DNA of 64,000 nt, taken from contig CAZFQS010000001.1 of assembly GCA_964521285.1 (NCBI GenBank), positions 62,438-126,437 on the forward strand, in the 5' to 3' direction. Positions 1 through 8,149 of the stretch are shown in pieces; position 1 is the first letter of the stretch; each line of letters starts with the position of its first letter. Source of the DNA: an uncultured Bacteroidales bacterium. GTDB taxonomy: Bacteria > Bacteroidota > Bacteroidia > Bacteroidales > UBA10428. Under the pieces are notes generated by a model that had not been told where the DNA came from, searched no databases, and saw only the letters and a program-made list of their open reading frames with translations. A program made the translations under genes and the position numbers.

Positions 1-2
1 TT

Positions 3-1154
3 TGGGTTGTTATACCGTTTGGCGTTTTGGGAGTACTAACCTTTACTACACCTGACATAAGTATCAATGGTAAAATAATATATGCTTATATAACTTATAT
101 TTTGCTTACAATGGCCTATACAATGATCAATGTGCCCTATTCTGCACTAATGGCGGTCATCACACCCGATTCTAAGGAACGAACTGTGATTTCCTCTTTC
201 CGGTTCGTAGCCGCATTTGTGGGGCAATTCATTGTTCAGTATGCCATTTTGAAATTGGTCAGTGTATTCGGGGATGGGAATGAGGCTAAGGGCTGGCAAT
301 TGGCTATGATTGTTCTTTCTGCTTTAGCGGTTATTCTGTATTTAATAACTTTTTCTACAACCAGGGAACGTGTTAAACCAATAAAAGAACAAAAGACACC
401 ATTTAAGCAGGATCTGATAGATTTATTTACCAACAAACCATGGGTACTGATAGCTGTCGCAACCATATTCCAGCTTATGTACAATTGCATGCGAAATGGT
501 AATATCATGTATTACTTTAAGTATTTTGTGCTGGATCAGCAAATGATTTTTTTTGGAAAAACCTATCATTTTTCTTATCAGGACCTGACAACTGCATTTA
601 TGCTTTCCGGTACCGCTTTGACCATTCTTGGAGCCATTCTGACAATTAAGTTGAGCAGGCGTTTTGACAAACCGAAAAGTTATGCCGGTTCTTTAGGTAT
701 AACCGCTATAGTAACAGCTCTTTACTATTTTCTCAACCCAAAGGATATTATCCTAATGTTTGCACTGAATCTTATTATTTCCTTTGCAATTGGAATTGTT
801 TCTGTATTACAATGGGCTATCTATACGGATACCACTTATTATTCGGAATGGAAAACAGGTCGTCGTGCTTCCGGGCTTCTCATGTCTGCCTCGCTGTTCG
901 CACTGAAGCTTGGAATAGCCCTGGGAAGTGCTTTTCTGGCATTCATCCTGGCCAGGTATGGTTTTGAAGCCAATGTACAACAGACGGCAGAAACATTAAC
1001 AGGCATACGTTTGGTTATGAGTGTTTACCCTGCCATTATCGCCTTCATTGGTGTTATTATTATATGGTTCTTTTATCCTTTATCAAACAAAATGTTGATC
1101 AGTATTGAGGAGGAACTATCTGCACGACGTCAATCTTCGAGTGATGATAATTGA
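3..1154 (+). CDS. Glycoside-pentoside-hexuronide (GPH/MFS_2) cation symporter, 5'-truncated by the window edge; probable xylo-oligosaccharide importer
   Basis: The frame is open from base 3 (WVVIPFGVLGVLTFTTP). GPH motifs: MAYTMINVPYSALMAVIT, ERTVISSFRF, TRERV, YSEWKTGRR, ANVQQTAETLTGIR. Multiple TM helices; adjacent to xylanases. Confidence 0.88.
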   Translation, partial: WVVIPFGVLGVLTFTTPDISINGKIIYAYITYILLTMAYTMINVPYSALMAVITPDSKERTVISSFRFVAAFVGQFIVQYAILKLVSVFGDGNEAKGWQLAMIVLSALAVILYLITFSTTRERVKPIKEQKTPFKQDLIDLFTNKPWVLIAVATIFQLMYNCMRNGNIMYYFKYFVLDQQMIFFGKTYHFSYQDLTTAFMLSGTALTILGAILTIKLSRRFDKPKSYAGSLGITAIVTALYYFLNPKDIILMFALNLIISFAIGIVSVLQWAIYTDTTYYSEWKTGRRASGLLMSASLFALKLGIALGSAFLAFILARYGFEANVQQTAETLTGIRLVMSVYPAIIAFIGVIIIWFFYPLSNKMLISIEEELSARRQSSSDDN

Positions 1155-1194
1155 CCTTTAGAAAATTCAACTTTAATTCGCCTAAATAATCTCT

Positions 1195-2292
1195 ATGGAG
1201 AAAAGTAGTATCCGGAATAATAAAAATAAACAAAATCAACCTGCTTTGAAAGATGTATTTAAGGATGATTTTGATATCGGTGTTGCCCTTAATCTGGATC
1301 AGATTTCAGGTAAGGAACCAAAAACCACTGCACACGTGGAAAAACACTTTAACAGTATCACACCTGAAAATATTCTAAAATGGGAAGAGGTTCATCCGGA
1401 ACCAAACAGATATCATTTCGAACCGGTCGATCGTTATGTGGCTTTTGGTGAGAAGAATAAAATGCATATCATCGGCCACACCCTTGTATGGTTTCATCAG
1501 ACACCAGACTGGGTATTCCGGGATGAGTCAGGTAAGCCCTTGGACCGGGAGGTATTACTAAAACGGATGAAAGAACATATCTTCACTGTGATGGGCCGGT
1601 ATAAAGGGCGAATACATGGCTGGGACGTCGTTAACGAAGCCATAGTACCTGACGGTCAGTTCAGAAAATGTAAATGGCTAGATATTATTGGTGAAGATTA
1701 TGTGATCAAAGCTTTTGAATATGCCCGCCAGGCTGATCCCGATGCCGAGCTGTATTACAATGATTATAATTTTTACAGGGGGCGTCAATGTGAAACTGTT
1801 ATACGTTTAATTCAAAACATGCAGTCAAAAGGTGTACGTATAGACGGGATTGGTTTACAGGGACACTGGGGTCTGGATTATCCCAGTTACGAACAGATTG
1901 AGAATATCATCGGGTCTCTTTCCAAACTGGGCGTCAAGTTAATGATTACGGAAATGGATGTTACAGTTCTTCCTTTTGCTGAAGATTATCTGGATAAAAA
2001 ACTTACCTCTTTAGATCCCGGAATGCAAATGAAGTTGAATCCATACGCCAAAGCATTGCCAGAATCTGTTCAAAAAGAGCAGGCCAAAAGATATGCTGAA
2101 TTCTTTTCGATTTTTCTAAAGCACCGTGACAAGTTCAAACGAGTCACTTTTTGGGGAACCCACGACAGACAATCCTGGCGCAGTGACTGGCCAGTCATTG
2201 GGCGGACCGACTTTCCCTTATTGTTCGACAGTAAATGTGACCCAAAACCAGCCCTTGATGCCATCATTCAAACAGGTCTGAGTAAAAAGTAA
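1195..2292 (+). CDS. GH10 endo-1,4-beta-xylanase, no signal peptide (cytoplasmic)
   Basis: TPENILKW, GHTLVWFHQTP, WDVVNEA (acid/base Glu), YNDYN, IDGIGLQGH, ITEMDV (nucleophile Glu), RVTFWG. The N-terminus is hydrophilic. Confidence 0.95.
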   Translation: MEKSSIRNNKNKQNQPALKDVFKDDFDIGVALNLDQISGKEPKTTAHVEKHFNSITPENILKWEEVHPEPNRYHFEPVDRYVAFGEKNKMHIIGHTLVWFHQTPDWVFRDESGKPLDREVLLKRMKEHIFTVMGRYKGRIHGWDVVNEAIVPDGQFRKCKWLDIIGEDYVIKAFEYARQADPDAELYYNDYNFYRGRQCETVIRLIQNMQSKGVRIDGIGLQGHWGLDYPSYEQIENIIGSLSKLGVKLMITEMDVTVLPFAEDYLDKKLTSLDPGMQMKLNPYAKALPESVQKEQAKRYAEFFSIFLKHRDKFKRVTFWGTHDRQSWRSDWPVIGRTDFPLLFDSKCDPKPALDAIIQTGLSKK

Positions 2293-2344
2293 AAAAATCA
2301 TAATACAATAAATCATTATTAACTATAATTATAATGAACATAAA

Positions 2345-3562
2345 ATGGAGAATAAAAAAGATATTGAAATTATAGCAGCAGGCCATACCTGCCTTGATTT
2401 AATACCTGCTTTTACAATCGAAGAAAAAGTAGACAATATGACCGATGTCCTGGTCCCCGGTAAAATGATAAATATGGGTAAGTGTGTTGTTGTCGGTGGC
2501 GGGCCGGTAACAAATGCCGGTGTATCTATACGGAGACTTGGTGTTAAAACTGAATTAATCGGAAAGGTAGGAAATGATGATTTTGGTAAACAGATTCTCC
2601 GGTGGTATGAAGAATATGAAGGTCATTTTGAAGGCATTAAAGTTGTGGATGGTGAATCAACCTCATATACAATAGCGATTTGCATACCAGGGATTGACCG
2701 TTTTTACCTTCATCATTGCGGTGCAAATGACACATTTGGTTATGATGATATGAACTTTGATCTTGTGCTGCGTTCAAAACTGATGCTTTTTGGTTACCCT
2801 CCATGGATGGCGAAGCTTTATGATAATAAAGGTATTGAATTAACAAAAATCCTGAAAAAGACAAAGGAATTAGGAACCACAACTGTACTTGATCTTTCGC
2901 TTCCTGATGTAAACAGCAGGGCCGGTCAGATCGATTGGTTAACAATTCTCAACAACTGGGTCCCTCTGACAGATATTATGGTACCCAGTGCAGAAGAAAT
3001 TTTCTATTTTCTTTATAAAGATAAATTTCTTAAGAAAAAGGCAAATCTCGGACCCAAGGAGAGTGTGCTTGATCATATGACTATAAGCGAAATTTCAGAT
3101 CTGGGAAATGATTTAATAAAAATGGGGACGGCAATAGCTATGGTAAAATGTGGCCATAGAGGATTATATATCCGGACTGCTGATATAGATCGGCTAAAGA
3201 AATCAGGTGCAGCAGAATGTGCTGATTTCGAAAACTGGGCTAATCGCGAACTTTGGTTTCCTGTATATGAGGAGGAAAAATTTGTGGGTGCATTGGGTTC
3301 CGGTGATTCGGCAATTGCAGGATTTCTTGCGGCATTTGTCTGGGGTCATACGATTGAATCCTGTCTGAAATATGCAAATGCTGCCGGAAGTATGAATGTT
3401 ACCGTTCCTGATGGTCTTTCCTGGAATAAAGGATTTGATGATTTAACAAAACGGATTCAAGCAGGCTGGAAGACAAAAGATTTGAAAATTGATGAAAAAG
3501 GCTGGAAGCATGAGCGTGGATTTTGGGTTGGTCCAAATAATCTTGGGAAATGGGAATCATAA
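2345..3562 (+). CDS. PfkB/ribokinase-family carbohydrate kinase, substrate unknown
   Basis: GGGPVTNAGVSIRRLG, GKVGNDDFG, C-terminal anion-hole motif GALGSGDSAIAGF, ANAAGS. Confidence 0.88.
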   Translation: MENKKDIEIIAAGHTCLDLIPAFTIEEKVDNMTDVLVPGKMINMGKCVVVGGGPVTNAGVSIRRLGVKTELIGKVGNDDFGKQILRWYEEYEGHFEGIKVVDGESTSYTIAICIPGIDRFYLHHCGANDTFGYDDMNFDLVLRSKLMLFGYPPWMAKLYDNKGIELTKILKKTKELGTTTVLDLSLPDVNSRAGQIDWLTILNNWVPLTDIMVPSAEEIFYFLYKDKFLKKKANLGPKESVLDHMTISEISDLGNDLIKMGTAIAMVKCGHRGLYIRTADIDRLKKSGAAECADFENWANRELWFPVYEEEKFVGALGSGDSAIAGFLAAFVWGHTIESCLKYANAAGSMNVTVPDGLSWNKGFDDLTKRIQAGWKTKDLKIDEKGWKHERGFWVGPNNLGKWES

Positions 3563-3590
3563 ATAAATTTAAAATAAAGGAGGAAATAAA

Positions 3591-5408
3591 ATGTTAAAAA
3601 AAAGAGATGAATTCATCAGGAAAAAGATAGAAGGCATGAGCCTGGCAGAAAAGGTAGGTCAGCTTTTAACCTTTACCCGCCGTGGCACATTGCTAACCCC
3701 AAGCGGAATTGAACAAATTACCAAACTGCATTGTGGCGGTCTTTGCCTTGAGCCATACGCACTAGAAACCTGTAAAAATCTTTACTGGGGCAATTCCCAG
3801 GTAGATAAAAACTTTAAAAAACCAAAGGATTATTTTACCATAGCAAATAACTATTTTGCCGGTAAGACTTTTGGTATCAGTATTACACCGGAAGAATACA
3901 CAAAAGATTTAAACAGGTTGCAGAAAATTGCCATGGACAGACCCTCCGGGATACCTCTCCACATGACCATTGACTTCGAAGGTGATTTTAAGAACGACTA
4001 CATGTCAGGCGGTATAAGGCAATTCCCTGGTCCAATGGGTATGGCTGCAATCGGTGATCCCAAACTGACCTATAAAATTGGCTATACCATTGCCAAGCAA
4101 CTAAGTGCTATAGGTGTTACACAGATGTATTCCCCGGTTTGCGACGTGAATACAAATCCCAGGAATCCTGAAATTGGAGTCAGGTCATTTAGTGATGACC
4201 CTCAGATGTGTGCTGAACATGCTGTTGCTTTGATTAAAGGTTTACAGGACGGAGGCATAGCTGCAACCGGGAAACATTTCCCGGGAAGAGGCAATTCGGG
4301 TAGTGACGCTCATGATGTATTGGAGATTTTAGATATGGATAAAAAAAGAATGCATGAAGTTGAATTGGTTCCTTTCAAAGCAGCAATAGATGCCCGAGTT
4401 AAAGCTATTATGACTGGGCATTCTGTTTATCCGGCCTATGATGATAAATACCCAACAACATTGTCAGTAAAAATACTGACCGGACTTCTCAGAAATGAAT
4501 TAGGATTCGATGGTGTTATTGTTTCTGATGCCATCGGTATGGCTGCAATTCTTAAAAAGTGGCCTCTCCCGCAAGCTTGCGCAATGGCAATAAAAGCAGG
4601 CTGTGATACAATACTCTTGAAGGCTGATGATGAATCCAGGTCACAGTGTTTCTTTGGGATTAAACAGGCTGTTGAGAAGGGGGAATTATCCGAAGAAAGA
4701 GTTGATGAATCTGTAAGGCGTCTTTTAATAATGAAATACGACCAGGGATTGTTTGAAACAGCCGGTAAAAAAGACCCAAAGGAAACATTCAAAATTACCA
4801 CCAGTAAAGAAATTATAGATTTCTCCTGGGATGTTGCCAAAAAAGCCCTGATAATAATGCGGGACGAAAAAAAATTGCTTCCGCTAAATCCGGAGAAAAG
4901 AATACTTGTCATTGAACAACGTATCCCTTATGAATTTATTGGTAAGGATCCATATTTCCACACTCACATGTTTTGCGAGGCAATGGTAAATCATTCAACA
5001 AATTTGATTCTGGCCGACACAGCATTTTCTGCATTTGATGAAGAAATTGAAGAATGTCTTCAGCTTGCCAGACAGGTTGACCTTGTTGTGATGACCAATT
5101 ACTATGCAAGGATCGTAAAATCAGGTAATAATCAACTACTTATAAAGAAGTTGAAGAATGCAGGACATCAGGTTGTAGTGGTAACCAACAATCCCTATAT
5201 AGAGGGCACTACAAAGGAAGCTGATGCCGTAATCTGTAATTTCAGTGGTACACCTGATTCCATAAGAGTTTCAACAGAACTGCTTTTTGGAAAGATTAAA
5301 CCATCTCCAAAAACCAGATTGCCAATCACTCTTGGTATTCACGAGGCAGTTGCTGACAAAAAGCTAAAACCGCCAAAGAAACATCCTTTGGATTTATCTT
5401 ATTGTTAG
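3591..5408 (+). CDS. GH3 glycoside hydrolase/phosphorylase of the NagZ-like subgroup, atypical, no signal peptide
   Basis: PVCDVNTNPRNPEIGVRSFSDDP, KHFPGRGNSGSDAH (cf. KHFPGHGxxxxDSH), IVSDAIGM nucleophile, C-terminal GH3_C-like domain. Strong GGAGGA Shine-Dalgarno upstream. Confidence 0.85.
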   Translation: MLKKRDEFIRKKIEGMSLAEKVGQLLTFTRRGTLLTPSGIEQITKLHCGGLCLEPYALETCKNLYWGNSQVDKNFKKPKDYFTIANNYFAGKTFGISITPEEYTKDLNRLQKIAMDRPSGIPLHMTIDFEGDFKNDYMSGGIRQFPGPMGMAAIGDPKLTYKIGYTIAKQLSAIGVTQMYSPVCDVNTNPRNPEIGVRSFSDDPQMCAEHAVALIKGLQDGGIAATGKHFPGRGNSGSDAHDVLEILDMDKKRMHEVELVPFKAAIDARVKAIMTGHSVYPAYDDKYPTTLSVKILTGLLRNELGFDGVIVSDAIGMAAILKKWPLPQACAMAIKAGCDTILLKADDESRSQCFFGIKQAVEKGELSEERVDESVRRLLIMKYDQGLFETAGKKDPKETFKITTSKEIIDFSWDVAKKALIIMRDEKKLLPLNPEKRILVIEQRIPYEFIGKDPYFHTHMFCEAMVNHSTNLILADTAFSAFDEEIEECLQLARQVDLVVMTNYYARIVKSGNNQLLIKKLKNAGHQVVVVTNNPYIEGTTKEADAVICNFSGTPDSIRVSTELLFGKIKPSPKTRLPITLGIHEAVADKKLKPPKKHPLDLSYC

Positions 5409-5428
5409 TATTACGGAGGAAATATCAT

Positions 5429-7990
5429 ATGCATAAACTTCACAGTATAGAAATAAAGGACGTTTTCACTATTTCCGGAGCTCAAATAAGCGAGATTTAT
5501 AAAAAAAATAAAATGTCAGTCCATTTTCAGGGAATGTCAAAAACACTTCAGTTCCCTCATACCATTGCTCTTCAGGGGGCTCCAACCTGTTCGGCAGGCA
5601 TTTCTCCCGAAGGGTTGTACAACAGGCTTAATGATGCGGGCAGATTGATCCTGTTGAATCAAAATGCCATTCAATTTGCTTCAGCACCATTTATACGCAT
5701 CTCAGCGGATCCTGATGTGGAAGATTCGAGAGATGAGCATATTATGCTCACCACAAGGAACCCCAGGCTGGTAGAAGGTCCGGATGATGTACCTGCCCTG
5801 AAGAACTATTATCACCCTGTTATATCTGAAAACCAATTCTCTGTCTCATTGGCCACACCTCTGGCAGAATTGGTCTATACATTGGAAAAAGTCAGGGTTA
5901 CCAGGAGAATAATTTCTCCTTTTCTCTCAGGAAATGATCAGATGTTAATGCCTGTGTGCGTTGAGGAATTCGAGGTAAAAAATACTTCCGGTAAAACTCA
6001 AAAAATTACTCTGGTCTTACCCAGGCCATCACTGGTAAATCTCCAGGAAAAAGAATTAAAACCGACAGACCAGGATACTATTTATTTATGCGCAACTCCT
6101 GTGAAAGGGCATGTTCATGAAGCTTTCAAATCAGCGGGTATGACAGGGATTATCATGGCAAGCAGGGAATGTCAGGATAAAATGGTCATTGGTGTGCCGG
6201 AAATGAACAATGTGAACATAGATACACAGCCATATTTTTGCCTGAACAGACTTAAACAGGATTTATTATTGAATGATGACGGAAGTTTTTACGAAAAGAG
6301 AGCCCCTATTATTAAACAAGATTATGGATCGGCCATTAGTCTTTGTTTTACACTTGAACCCGATGCATCAGTTATAATACCTCTTGTCATAGCTTTAGAC
6401 TTCCCGCAACAGCATTATATTGACGGTAAAATGTTTGATCGCTCGTATCTCAGAACTTTTAAAAACAAAGAAACCAGAGCTTTGGATATGACTAAAATTG
6501 CACTGGAAAACTATCCTGATTGGCTTGAACGTACATTGACTATCCAAAGCAGAATATTTGATCAAATATGTCACAGTCCTTCCTATAAAGACGATAAGGA
6601 CGGTGCATTGAGACTGTCACGATTAATTTTTAACGAATTCAGTTTTCCATTATCAAATGCTGCCATCTGGACTGAAGACAAAGATGGCAATGATGTAGCC
6701 AGGTTCCTGGAATGTTTTGACTATGCTTATATCAATCCTTCTGATGTTGACTGGTATTCCATGGTGTTGCTGGTTCTCTTTCCTAATATTGAACAGGAAC
6801 TCTGCCAGCGGTTTATTGACTCAATTCTGGCTGAAGATCCTACACCCCGATTTTATCATTACCACTCTTCATTTGTAGAAGCCAGAAAACACTATTATGA
6901 CTATACGGATGAATATGAAGGTGAATCGATGACACAGATACGGGATGCTTTTAAGATTAAAGGCAGCGTAGCCCATGATGTAGGCGCTATGCCGAAAGGT
7001 CATCCCTTACGAAATGTAAGTGATTACGCATGGTACAACAATAATTACTGGGTAGATCTTTTCCCGAAACTGGCATTAAGGGTTTTACGCAATGTCAAAT
7101 TCCTGGATAATACTAAATTCTTAAAGAAAAACTGGGAAACACTTAAGTTTGGCCAGGAATTTTTAATGGCTCTTGATATTGATAAAGACGGTGTTCCTGA
7201 AGGTAATCCGAATGAAGTTAAAAATACTTTTGATAATTTAACCTTATTTGGTGTGGATGCTTATGATGTCACTACTTTCCTGGCTGGTGTGCAGGCAATG
7301 ATTAAAATGGCAGACATGATGAAAGATGAACCTGCTAAAAAGCAATACCGGCAAATGTTTGAAAAAGCTTCGGAAAGTTTTGAAAAACTATGGAGAGAGA
7401 AGAAAAACAAAAAGGGTCGCACATTGCAGTATTATATCACCTGTTACGATCCGGAAACAGGGAAAACAAATACAGATACATGGACCAACCAGCTGGATGC
7501 TTTATGGTATTTGATCGCTATTGGCGAAGAACCCTTTATCTCCGGGGACAAGGCAAAAAAAATCCTAAAGACCATTTATGAGAATAACCGTACCACTATG
7601 GGCTGGGCAATGTGCCGAACAGAGGACGGAGAAGCAGTAGAATCGGAACAGGGGCAGGATGTCTATACAACATCAAATTATGTTTTTGCGCAGCTGCTTG
7701 ATTATTATGGAATGGGCAAAGAGAGTAAAGAGGTATACAAAGCAATGGATAAGGTAGTATTCCGGCACGGTAATACATTGATTACACCGGATAACCTCAG
7801 GGCTGAATTGGAAAAAGAAGAAGGAGAAGTAACCAAAGGCCCCCATTATATAGTAGCCGCTTATCCACGGCCAGGAGCGGTATTGACTCATATAGTGATG
7901 CAACACATCAAAGAGCTTCAGAATCAAACGAAATCTACAATAATAGATTCCGGGGAATTGAAATCTTATATAACTAATTTAATGAAGTAA
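5429..7990 (+). CDS. Divergent GH116 (GBA2-like) beta-glycosidase, no signal peptide
   Basis: FLECFDY nucleophile motif, SDVDWY, AHDVG, WVDL, DIDKDGVPEG..NTFDNL..G..AY (cf. PDQTYDTW..G.SAY), QLDALWY. Start moved from the TTG at 5402 to the ATG at 5429, which follows GGAGGA. Confidence 0.75.
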   Translation: MHKLHSIEIKDVFTISGAQISEIYKKNKMSVHFQGMSKTLQFPHTIALQGAPTCSAGISPEGLYNRLNDAGRLILLNQNAIQFASAPFIRISADPDVEDSRDEHIMLTTRNPRLVEGPDDVPALKNYYHPVISENQFSVSLATPLAELVYTLEKVRVTRRIISPFLSGNDQMLMPVCVEEFEVKNTSGKTQKITLVLPRPSLVNLQEKELKPTDQDTIYLCATPVKGHVHEAFKSAGMTGIIMASRECQDKMVIGVPEMNNVNIDTQPYFCLNRLKQDLLLNDDGSFYEKRAPIIKQDYGSAISLCFTLEPDASVIIPLVIALDFPQQHYIDGKMFDRSYLRTFKNKETRALDMTKIALENYPDWLERTLTIQSRIFDQICHSPSYKDDKDGALRLSRLIFNEFSFPLSNAAIWTEDKDGNDVARFLECFDYAYINPSDVDWYSMVLLVLFPNIEQELCQRFIDSILAEDPTPRFYHYHSSFVEARKHYYDYTDEYEGESMTQIRDAFKIKGSVAHDVGAMPKGHPLRNVSDYAWYNNNYWVDLFPKLALRVLRNVKFLDNTKFLKKNWETLKFGQEFLMALDIDKDGVPEGNPNEVKNTFDNLTLFGVDAYDVTTFLAGVQAMIKMADMMKDEPAKKQYRQMFEKASESFEKLWREKKNKKGRTLQYYITCYDPETGKTNTDTWTNQLDALWYLIAIGEEPFISGDKAKKILKTIYENNRTTMGWAMCRTEDGEAVESEQGQDVYTTSNYVFAQLLDYYGMGKESKEVYKAMDKVVFRHGNTLITPDNLRAELEKEEGEVTKGPHYIVAAYPRPGAVLTHIVMQHIKELQNQTKSTIIDSGELKSYITNLMK

Positions 7991-8149
7991 GCATTGTGCC
8001 AATACCACCAAAAAAATGAAAGTGCTTTCTTCGGATATATCATTGTTCATATCTCAAACCAAAGAAAGCTTTGATCAAGAGCTTTGCGGTCTGTTAAATC
8101 ATTTTGGATTGATAAATTTTATTTAACTCAAAAGCAGGAGGAAATTAAC

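Noticed and set aside
4436-4912. Antisense ORF of 158 aa (likewise 19431-19934, 34061-34666, 43485-44003, 60364-60807 and the other short nested ORFs)
   Set aside because: They lie opposite or inside well-supported genes, have Ser/Ile/Phe-rich shadow composition, and show no motifs.
5402-5428. ORF-track starts at 5402 (GH116), 8084 (GH30) and 44851 (gltD)
   Set aside because: Downstream ATGs (5429, 8150, 44782) have SD sites and fit the expected N-termini or signal peptide better.
8065-8085. Near-palindrome AAAGCT-TTGATCAA-G-AGCTTT upstream of GH30
   Set aside because: It is a single imperfect copy with no cognate regulator visible, so I cannot separate it from chance.
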